From: Acidobacteriota bacterium
GTDB taxonomy: Bacteria > Acidobacteriota > UBA6911
DNA length: 64,000 nt
Reading direction: 5' to 3'
NCBI GenBank assembly: GCA_963664705.1
Contig: OY761556.1
Span: forward strand, 1,760,001 to 1,824,000
This document shows positions 21,665 to 29,807 of this stretch, one piece after another. Made by a program: the position numbers and the translations under genes. Numbering within the stretch: position 1 is the first letter of the stretch; the number at the start of each line of letters is the position of its first letter. The notes beneath the pieces are model-generated. The model was not told where the DNA came from, ran no database searches, and was given only the letters and a program-made list of their open reading frames with translations.

Positions 21665-21835
21665 AGCTGTAAATCGATGTCATTCGCGGGTGTATTGGAT
21701 CAACCGGGGAGTCCTTTCGGCTATTTGTGCTTTTGGCATGAACCGGAGGGAGCGCATCAGATCCGCTATCCCCGTTTACACGAAGAGATTCTGTTGCAAT
21801 AACTCGAAACTGAGAACGGAGATCAGGGGGGAGAA

Positions 21836-23314
21836 ATGAGTGCAGAATACAGAGTGTTAATTGATGGCGAATTGTGTGAATCGTCGACCAAGGAGACGAT
21901 GGAGGTAATCAATCCTGCCAATGGAAAGGTTGTGGGACTGGCGCCAAAATGCAGTTCCATCGAGATCGACAGAGCTGCCGAAGCCGCGCATAGGGCTGCG
22001 CCTGAATGGGCGGAAAAATCGCCAACCGAAAAGGCCGCCATATTCTTTAAGATGGCGGAGCTTTTGCGCAAAAATCGGGAGGAATGGGCGCGGCTGGAGA
22101 CAATGCAGTATGGCGGTCCTATTTTCAAAACATACAATTTCGATATGCGTTTCGATGCAGAGCATTTCGAATTCATGGCCGGCGTGGCCAGGGCTGTGAC
22201 TGGAAAGACTCTGCCGGTCGGGCCGCAAGCCATGTCGATGACTCTCCGCCAGCCCCTGGGCGTGGTCGGCTTAATTACTCCCTGGAATTTCCCCCTTGTT
22301 ACGGCCATATCCAAAATAACGCCCGCATTGATGATGGGGAATACGGCTGTGGTAAAACCGCCTTCCTGTGCGCCGCTGACGGTGCTCAAACTGGGTGAGG
22401 TTGCCATGGAGGCCGGGATCCCACCGGGAGTTCTCAACATTGTTACCGGACCCGGATCAACGGTGGGTGAGGCTTTGGTCAAACACCCCTATGTTGCCAA
22501 GGTCAATTTCACAGGCGACTCGGAAACAGGAAAACGTATTCTTGCCCTTGCAAGCGCCGCGGTCAAGCCGGTGGCATGCGAACTGGGCGGGAAGAACGCC
22601 TTTATCGTAATGCCGGATGCGGATATGAAGGCCGCAGTCGAAGGTGCTATCTGGGGCGGCTTTTTTAACTCGGGTCAGAATTGCGGCGCTTCCAGCCGAT
22701 ATCTGATTCACGAATCGATTTACGATGAATTTGTGGAGAAGTTTGTGGCAGCGGCGAAACTTCTGCGCGTTGGGGATCCTCTGAATCCGGAAACCATGAT
22801 CGGCCCGGTTGCCTACAAGGGACACCGGGATTCAATCGAACGATTCGTGGAGCGCGCAAAGAGGTCCAAGTGCAAGCTTCTGCTGGGTGGTGAACGCCCG
22901 AATACACCGGATACCAAGGATGGCTGTTTTGTCACCCCTACCATTTTTGGCGACTGTGATCCAAAGTCGGAAATAATGCAGGAAGAGGTATTCGGCCCCG
23001 TTGTTGCAGTGGCGCGGTTCAAAACGGCCGAGGAAGCTGTCGAGATTGCAAACGATTCCCGTTTCGGGCTGTGCGCTTCAATCTGGACAAAGGATATACG
23101 GCAGGGTCTCGTGATGACCAAGCAACTCAAGGTGGGGACCGTCTGGTTGAACCAGCACCTGTCAATCGTATTTGAGTGTCCCTGGGGTGGCTGTAAAGAG
23201 TCCGGACATAGCAAGGAAAATTCAATTATGGTTTTGGACGAATACAGCATGATGAAGAATGTATGGATTGATCTGGTGGGTACGCCGGCAACACCATGGC
23301 AGGGCCGCTTTTAG
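21836..23314 (+). CDS. NAD(P)-dependent aldehyde dehydrogenase (second copy)
   Basis: PWNFP, FTGD, ELGGKN, GQNC, EEVFGP. Confidence 0.93.
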   Translation: MSAEYRVLIDGELCESSTKETMEVINPANGKVVGLAPKCSSIEIDRAAEAAHRAAPEWAEKSPTEKAAIFFKMAELLRKNREEWARLETMQYGGPIFKTYNFDMRFDAEHFEFMAGVARAVTGKTLPVGPQAMSMTLRQPLGVVGLITPWNFPLVTAISKITPALMMGNTAVVKPPSCAPLTVLKLGEVAMEAGIPPGVLNIVTGPGSTVGEALVKHPYVAKVNFTGDSETGKRILALASAAVKPVACELGGKNAFIVMPDADMKAAVEGAIWGGFFNSGQNCGASSRYLIHESIYDEFVEKFVAAAKLLRVGDPLNPETMIGPVAYKGHRDSIERFVERAKRSKCKLLLGGERPNTPDTKDGCFVTPTIFGDCDPKSEIMQEEVFGPVVAVARFKTAEEAVEIANDSRFGLCASIWTKDIRQGLVMTKQLKVGTVWLNQHLSIVFECPWGGCKESGHSKENSIMVLDEYSMMKNVWIDLVGTPATPWQGRF

Positions 23315-23328
23315 CTAATCGATGGATA

Positions 23329-23367
23329 AAAGACCGATGCCGCTTTATCCAATCGGCATCGGTCTTT
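23329..23367 (+). terminator. Hairpin/terminator after the second ALDH
   Basis: 14-bp stem aaagaccgatgccg/cggcatcggtcttt. Confidence 0.65.
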
Positions 23368-23438
23368 CAACGCACCAATCTTAGTGCTAATTCCTTTAAA
23401 CTGAGCTAAGCTGGGAATCTTACACAAAGGTTTAACAC

Positions 23439-25145
23439 ATGAGCGTGCCTAAAAAGCAGGGGAAGTTGCTTTCGCTTCAGGAAGCGATACGACAATACGT
23501 CCAGCCTGGAATGAAATTGCATCTTGCCGGCGGTATCGGTGGACCCAGCGCGGCTATTTGCGAAATCATTAGGCAATATTGGGGCCGGAATCCTGACTTC
23601 ACGCTAATTCAAGCAACAGTTACCGGTCTGGCGCTTAACCTGGTTCACGGCAAATTGGCCAAAAAGCTGATCTGTTCGGTTTGTGCGGAAATCTCAGGAT
23701 CGGGACGGCCGAGCAAAGTCATCCAGGCTGCCTATGAAAGCAAGAAGATTGAGCTCGAAAACTGGTCCCTGCTTTCGCTGCAACAGCGATTGATGGCGGG
23801 TGCTTTCGGCGTTCCATTCATGCCGACCAAATCTGTTTTGAATAGCAGTATTGCCAGCGATAACCCGACTACCTTCAAGACAATGGAAGATCCTTTCGGC
23901 TCCGGAGAGAAGGTCGGACTGGTAGGCGCGCTGGTCCCGGATCTGTCAATTGTGCACGGGTGCGTTGCCGATGTGGACGGTAATGTCATTCTGCAAGCTC
24001 CCTATGGTGAAGATCTATGGGGTGCCCTGGCAAGCAAAGGCGGGGTCCTTGTCACCGTCGAAAAGGTGGTCTCCAAGGATTTCATCAAGAGGTATAACGC
24101 CTTGGTTAAGATACCCGCCTATGCGGTCAAGGCTGTTGTGCCTGCCCCGTTGGGGCTTCATCCCTATTCGCTTACGAATCCCGGCATTTCCGATTTCGAT
24201 CCCTATGAAAAGGATGTGGATTTTCTGAACGTGCTTTTTGAGGCCGGGAGCACTGCCCATGCATTGGAAGGCTGGGTTAAGGAATGGATTCTGCAGTGCG
24301 AAAGCCATGAGGAATATTTGGGCAAGCTTGGCGATCAAAGGGTTGCCGACCTCAAGGGGCGATCAAGACGAGTGCTTGGGGAAATAGCGATGCCTTCGGT
24401 TTCACCCGATCCGGGCAGTGCAGAATACGATCCCAAGGAAATGATGCTGGTGGCGCTGGCCCGTGAGATCCTGCGCAGTGTTGAAGCGAACGAGCATAAA
24501 TTGATATTGGCCGGGGCAGGTGCCGGCGCGACAGCGGCATTTCTGGCCTATTACCGGCTCAAGTCTTCCGGTTTTGAACTGGGTACCGGAAACGGACAAA
24601 TTGGTTATACCCCTGTTCCGGGGGAATCGATTCTTGCAAGCGAGGCCGGTGTCCGAAGTTCCAAAATGCTGACCGATACGATCATGATGCAGGGCGTGTT
24701 TGTCGGAGGTGGCAACAATCGATGCCTGAGTATTCTCGGCGCGGGACAAATGGATAAGCACGGCAATATCAACTCCACCAAGACATCCAAAGGAAAGTTT
24801 CTTGTGGGTTCCGGAGGCGCCAATGATGCGCTGAATGCGTGCGAAACCATCCTCTGCCTGGACCAATCCAAAGACCGTTTTGTCGACAAGCTTGCCTATG
24901 TTACGGGCGTTGGCCATTCGGTAACGACGGTTGTATCAACAATGGGAATCTTCAGGAAAGAGCATCCGAAGGATGACCTCAAGCTCGTCGCCTGTTTTCC
25001 TGACACGCACGGCAAGAGCCTGGAGGATAGAATTAAAGACATTCGGATGCATTGTGGATGGGATCTGAAAGTGGCAGCCGGCGTTGAAGAAGTGCCCAAG
25101 CCTGGTTTGGAGGAACTGCAGCTGCTGCGCTGGATCAAAACATAA
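23439..25145 (+). CDS. Fused alpha+beta family-I CoA-transferase-fold protein (GctAB-like)
   Basis: N-half: RLMAGAFGVPFMP, PDLSIVH, DVDGN, TVEKVV. C-half: LGAGQMDKHGNIN, GSGGAND, VVSTMG. Confidence 0.85.
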   Translation: MSVPKKQGKLLSLQEAIRQYVQPGMKLHLAGGIGGPSAAICEIIRQYWGRNPDFTLIQATVTGLALNLVHGKLAKKLICSVCAEISGSGRPSKVIQAAYESKKIELENWSLLSLQQRLMAGAFGVPFMPTKSVLNSSIASDNPTTFKTMEDPFGSGEKVGLVGALVPDLSIVHGCVADVDGNVILQAPYGEDLWGALASKGGVLVTVEKVVSKDFIKRYNALVKIPAYAVKAVVPAPLGLHPYSLTNPGISDFDPYEKDVDFLNVLFEAGSTAHALEGWVKEWILQCESHEEYLGKLGDQRVADLKGRSRRVLGEIAMPSVSPDPGSAEYDPKEMMLVALAREILRSVEANEHKLILAGAGAGATAAFLAYYRLKSSGFELGTGNGQIGYTPVPGESILASEAGVRSSKMLTDTIMMQGVFVGGGNNRCLSILGAGQMDKHGNINSTKTSKGKFLVGSGGANDALNACETILCLDQSKDRFVDKLAYVTGVGHSVTTVVSTMGIFRKEHPKDDLKLVACFPDTHGKSLEDRIKDIRMHCGWDLKVAAGVEEVPKPGLEELQLLRWIKT

Positions 25146-25240
25146 TTTCGAATTGCCAATGACGAATTTCAAATGATGGAGTTATCCGTACGGCTGTGTC
25201 AGTTCGTAATCGGTCATGGGTAATGTGAGACGGAGTCAAT

Positions 25241-26467
25241 ATGAGTGGTGGACCGCTTCAAGGTATAAGAGTTGTTGAATGTGCAGGCTATCTCAGCGCT
25301 CCTACAGCCTGTTATATGCTCGGGGATCTGGGCGCAGAAATCATCAAGATCGAGGATAGGGAAAAGGGCGATCCATCACGGGGAACCTCCGCGGTTTTCG
25401 GTTCATCCATGACATTGCCAAACGGTGAAAATATCCTGTTTGAGACTGCCAACAGAAATAAGAAGAGCATTACGCTTGATCTGAAAAAACAAAAGGGAAA
25501 AGAGCTTTTGTATGAGCTGGTTTCCAAAGCCGATATTTTTTGCACCAACTTTACCCAGTCTGCCATAAAGAAACTCGAAATCGATTTTGATACGTTGAAA
25601 AAATACAATCCCAAGCTGGTCTATGGCCTCGCGACAGGGTATGGGCTGCAGGGCCCAGAAAGCAACCGGCGCGCATTTGACAGCGTTGCTCAAGCGCGTT
25701 CAGGCATCATGTATGCGCTTGGAGGTGAGCCGGATTCGCCCCCGGCGCAGATTGGCGGTCCGGTATTCGATCAAATGACCGGCACGCTCCTGGTATACGG
25801 CATTCTGGCTGCTCTTGTTGCCCGGGATCAAAAGGGGATTGGGCAGCAGGTCGAGGTGTCGCTGCTGGGGTCAGGCATTCATTTGCAGGCGTATAATCTG
25901 AATACTGCGCTTTTGCGCGGGCGCCAGATTCCAAGACCTTCGCGACGCTCCCTGAAAAATCCAATGGCAAATCACTTTGAATGCGCAGACGGAGAATGGC
26001 TCCTGCTCTCTGAGCCTCAGGCCGATAGATTCTGGCCGGCGTTTTGCGATGCGTTGGATATCCAGCATCTTGAAAAGGATGAGAAGTATTCCGATGCTGC
26101 CCGAAGACGTGAGAACTTCAGAGAATTGCTCGTCATTATTGAGGGTGTGTTCAAGACAAGAAAGCGCGAAGAGTGGATGAAGATTTTGGATGAAAAGGGA
26201 GCCGGGATTGCCTATTCACCGGTTCTGCGACCGACGGATCTGGCTAATGATGATCAGGCATTGGCGAACGGCTACGTTGCACAAATCGAGCATCCATCAT
26301 TGGGATCCATCAAGATGGTGGGAAATCCCGTGAGTTTCACCGGAACACCCATTACTGTCGATGGGTTCGCACCTTGTTTCGGTCAGAATACGGAAGAGGT
26401 GCTGCTGGATATCTGTGGATACGATTGGGACAAGATACAGCAACTGAAGGATGAAGAAGTGATCTAG
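25241..26467 (+). CDS. Family-III (CaiB/BaiF) CoA transferase with catalytic Asp
   Basis: DLGAEIIKIE, NRNKKSITLDLK, PVFDQMTG (Asp177), GQQVEVSL. Confidence 0.93.
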   Translation: MSGGPLQGIRVVECAGYLSAPTACYMLGDLGAEIIKIEDREKGDPSRGTSAVFGSSMTLPNGENILFETANRNKKSITLDLKKQKGKELLYELVSKADIFCTNFTQSAIKKLEIDFDTLKKYNPKLVYGLATGYGLQGPESNRRAFDSVAQARSGIMYALGGEPDSPPAQIGGPVFDQMTGTLLVYGILAALVARDQKGIGQQVEVSLLGSGIHLQAYNLNTALLRGRQIPRPSRRSLKNPMANHFECADGEWLLLSEPQADRFWPAFCDALDIQHLEKDEKYSDAARRRENFRELLVIIEGVFKTRKREEWMKILDEKGAGIAYSPVLRPTDLANDDQALANGYVAQIEHPSLGSIKMVGNPVSFTGTPITVDGFAPCFGQNTEEVLLDICGYDWDKIQQLKDEEVI

Positions 26468-26544
26468 GAATGTCCGGCGTCTCCTGTTTCCGGTATGCGA
26501 TGTCGGAAAAGCGGAAGCGGGAAACAAGAAACGAGGAAGAACAG

Positions 26545-28008
26545 ATGCAGACGAAACTTACAAACAAGAGGCTGGATGAGCAAGAGTTTTTAAAAATGCG
26601 CAGCGCGGTCCTGGCACTTTGGCCGACAGGGCGTGAAGTGGACCTCGATGAAGCCATCGAATACCAGAAGAAGTTGCCGGATTCCAAAAACTGGCACAAG
26701 GTCGGACTCAAGCTTCGTAGCGATGGTCGCACCGCTATATTCCCGCGCGCGGGTACCGGACTTCTTGAGGATCAGATCAGTCTTTCCAAAAAGCTGGAGC
26801 AGTCGGGAGTCCCTTTTATCCCGGTTACCACGGATAGCTATACGCGTCAGCTGGACTTTGAAAAGGTGGATGGGCTTCTAGCCGAAATGCGCAAAACCGG
26901 CCGGAATCTGCTGAACGGATATCCAATCATCAACTACGGCGTCAAGCAGACGAGAAAGATCATTGAAAGCGTTGAACAGGGGGCCTTTAATCCAAGGCTT
27001 TCACTCAAATCCTATCCGCTCGCAACTGAGATTTCTTTTGCCGCAGGGATGACCGGCATCGCAGCCTCTTCATTCATCTCCTGGGCTGCCTATGAAAAGG
27101 ACGCTACGCTGGAGCAATCGATGGCCACCAATCAATACGTCCATCGACTCATTGGCTACTATGCGGACCGCGGGGTAATCATCTCGACCGATAATCATGG
27201 ATGGATTCTAACGGGGTTGCAGCCAATGACGGTTAACCTGGCCACAACCATTGTAGATGCCATCATGGTGGCGGAACAGGGAGGCAAAAGCATCACTTCG
27301 GTAGTGCACCTGATGGGAAACATGGCTCAGGATCTTGCATGGATGCGCGTTACGCCAAAACTGATGCGTGAGTATTTGGATAAGCTCGGATATAAGGATG
27401 TCAGTATCCCGGCTGTATTTGCGCAGCATACACCGCTATTCCCCATGCCCCAGGGAATGGGTGGGGCGTTTGCCTTTCCGAATTATACCGCGGTGGTGGC
27501 GGCGCTTGGAAAAGCCGAGGCCGTTTCGGTGCGAACCATTGACGAAGCATTGGGAATTCCTACAGAGGAATCGCATGCTCTCAGCTATGAATCCACCAAC
27601 TGGTTGCTCAACGTAATCCGAGGCCAGAACTTTGAATTCAAATCGGCGGCGGTCGATGAAGAAGCTGCAATGGCTGAAATGGAAATCCGCGCCATTATGG
27701 ACAAACTGCTCGAGATCGGCGACGGCGATGTTGTTGTTGGATGTCTGAAGGGTGTTGAAGAAGGAATTATCGATTCATGCTTCAGTCCGAACCGCCAGGT
27801 GAAGGACAAGGTAATTGGAGTCAAGGACGGCAAGGGCGCGATCCGATATCTCGATTGCGGAAACCTGCCGTTTCCGGAAGAGGTTAAAAAATTTAACAGG
27901 GATAAGATCGCCGAGAGAGAGAGAGCTGAAGGCAGAAAGATGGACTACGATGTCATCGTTCAGGACTTCTGGGCATTCAGTAAAGGTCAGCTGACTGGCA
28001 AAGCGTAG
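26545..28008 (+). CDS. Glutamate/methylaspartate mutase E-subunit homolog with a divergent active site
   Basis: WPTGREVD, PRAG, DSYTRQ, LLNGYP, AEQG, GNMAQD, EALGIPT, GAIRYLDCGNLP match GlmE/MutE across the full length. Confidence 0.9.
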   Translation: MQTKLTNKRLDEQEFLKMRSAVLALWPTGREVDLDEAIEYQKKLPDSKNWHKVGLKLRSDGRTAIFPRAGTGLLEDQISLSKKLEQSGVPFIPVTTDSYTRQLDFEKVDGLLAEMRKTGRNLLNGYPIINYGVKQTRKIIESVEQGAFNPRLSLKSYPLATEISFAAGMTGIAASSFISWAAYEKDATLEQSMATNQYVHRLIGYYADRGVIISTDNHGWILTGLQPMTVNLATTIVDAIMVAEQGGKSITSVVHLMGNMAQDLAWMRVTPKLMREYLDKLGYKDVSIPAVFAQHTPLFPMPQGMGGAFAFPNYTAVVAALGKAEAVSVRTIDEALGIPTEESHALSYESTNWLLNVIRGQNFEFKSAAVDEEAAMAEMEIRAIMDKLLEIGDGDVVVGCLKGVEEGIIDSCFSPNRQVKDKVIGVKDGKGAIRYLDCGNLPFPEEVKKFNRDKIAERERAEGRKMDYDVIVQDFWAFSKGQLTGKA

Positions 28009-28102
28009 ATCTGATTCCAGTTCGGATTTCCGGGTTCGAATCGCGTGTCAAACTTGCCGGGAACCCAGCACTGGGAACAGGGAACTCAAGGAGATTGGAA
28101 AG

Positions 28103-28525
28103 ATGAGTCAACCAACCGTAATTACTGGAACTGTGGGCAAAGATGCTCATGTCATTGGAACGAAAATTCTGTCCCGGGCGCTTCGTGATGCGGGTTTCAA
28201 CGTTGTGGAACTGGGGATTCTGACACCACCGGAAGAATTTGTAAAAGCGGCGCTTGACAACAAGGCGGATGCGATCCTGATGAGTTCCTTGTATGGAATG
28301 GGAGAGCATGATGTGCAGGGCTTCAAAGAGAAGTGCATCAGCGCCGGGTTGCAGGATGTGATCCTTTACATTGGTGGGAACCTGGGTGTGGGTAAACATG
28401 ATTTCAAAGATGACGAAGTGAAGTTTAAAAAACTCGGCTTCGACCGTGTTTATCCGCCCGCATCGGATGTAAAGACGGCAATCGCGGATCTTTGGGGCGA
28501 TCTAAAAGCCAAAGGGAAAGCATAG
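28103..28525 (+). CDS. Glutamate mutase S-type cobalamin-binding subunit
   Basis: DAHVIG (DxHxxG base-off/His-on motif), SSLYG, YIGGN, GFDRVY. Confidence 0.92.
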   Translation: MSQPTVITGTVGKDAHVIGTKILSRALRDAGFNVVELGILTPPEEFVKAALDNKADAILMSSLYGMGEHDVQGFKEKCISAGLQDVILYIGGNLGVGKHDFKDDEVKFKKLGFDRVYPPASDVKTAIADLWGDLKAKGKA

Positions 28526-28530
28526 GATTT

Positions 28531-29775
28531 ATGTTGCGCAACAGAATGCTGGCCGGATACCGGGCTTTGGATCTTACGGATGAAAAAGGATTTTTGTGTG
28601 GAAAGATCCTGTCGGAACTCGGTGTGGATGTGATCAAGGTGGAAAAGCCGGGAGGAGATGATGCTCGAAAGGTTGGGCCCTTCTGGCATGATCAGGCCGA
28701 TCCCGAAAAAAGCCTGTATTGGTTCTCTTACAACAGCAGCAAGCGCGGAATTACGCTCGATATCCGGACGGAACGTGGTAAGGAGCTCTTCCGAGAGCTG
28801 ATTAAGACCGCCGATTTCGTCATCGAATCCTTTGCCCCCGGTGAATTCGACCGAATGGGGTTCGGCTATGGAGAACTGTGTAATATCAGGAAGGATATCA
28901 TTCTGACTTCGATCACCGCATTTGGGCAGAAGGGACCTTATAGCCAATATCAGGCTTCTGATCTGGTGATCATGGGTATGGCGGGCGAACTTTTTTTGAC
29001 CGGGGACTCTGATCGGCGACCGGTGAACATCAGTTTGCCTCAAGCATGTCTCCATGCCGGCGCGGATGCCGCCGTTGGATCCATGCTGGCGCACCATCAT
29101 CGGAGGAAATCGGGCGAAGGACAGCACGTGGACGTCTCCCTGCAGCAAAGCGCTGCCTGGTTCCTGGCTCAGACCGTGCCGCACTGGGAGTTGGATAATC
29201 TTATTTTGGGGCGGGTAGGAACTTTTCGAACCAGCAGTCGAGGCACGCTCCAGCGGCAGGTATGGCCGTGCAAGGACGGTTATATTTTCTTTTTCATGAT
29301 CGGCGGGCAGCAAGGCGCAAAGACATGCCGAAACCTTGTGAAATGGATGGTCGAGGAGGGCATGCCCAACGAATTTCTGCAGGCCTATGAGTGGGAACGG
29401 TTCGATATGGCCAGCGCTACGCAGGATCTGATCGATACGATCTCGGGTCCGATCGCTGAATTTTTCAGGACGAGGACGAAGAAGGAAGCTCTGGATGCGG
29501 CAATGTCCCGGAACATCTCGATATGTCCTCTGATGGGCATGCAGGACTTGCTTGTTGATCCCAATCTGACGGCCAGAGATTTCTGGCTTCCAATGGAGCA
29601 TCCCGAACTGAATGCAACCATTCCTTATCCGAGACAGTTTGCAAGATCGTCCGAAAACGAGATGACGACCAAATCACGTGCGCCGCTTATCGGGGAGCAT
29701 AATTCCGAAATTTACGGCGAGCTTGGTTTATCGAGTGACAGTATCGCGGAGCTGAAAAAATCCGGGGTGATCTAA
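28531..29775 (+). CDS. Family-III CoA transferase, BbsE-like subunit lacking the catalytic Asp
   Basis: LDLTDEKGFLCGK, VIKVEKPGGD, KRGITLD; QACLHAG where active members have Asp. Confidence 0.88.
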   Translation: MLRNRMLAGYRALDLTDEKGFLCGKILSELGVDVIKVEKPGGDDARKVGPFWHDQADPEKSLYWFSYNSSKRGITLDIRTERGKELFRELIKTADFVIESFAPGEFDRMGFGYGELCNIRKDIILTSITAFGQKGPYSQYQASDLVIMGMAGELFLTGDSDRRPVNISLPQACLHAGADAAVGSMLAHHHRRKSGEGQHVDVSLQQSAAWFLAQTVPHWELDNLILGRVGTFRTSSRGTLQRQVWPCKDGYIFFFMIGGQQGAKTCRNLVKWMVEEGMPNEFLQAYEWERFDMASATQDLIDTISGPIAEFFRTRTKKEALDAAMSRNISICPLMGMQDLLVDPNLTARDFWLPMEHPELNATIPYPRQFARSSENEMTTKSRAPLIGEHNSEIYGELGLSSDSIAELKKSGVI

Positions 29776-29807
29776 TTTTCAGGCACTCCAAGGTGAAAGG
29801 TATGAGC

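Noticed and set aside
26545-28525. Annotation as a standard glutamate fermentation (methylaspartate) pathway
   Set aside because: The amine-binding residues are changed and glmL/mal are absent from the window.
28450-29601. 383-aa antisense ORF (also 34257-35438 and 53103-54053)
   Set aside because: These lie entirely opposite well-supported genes and show no recognisable motifs; typical antisense shadow ORFs.
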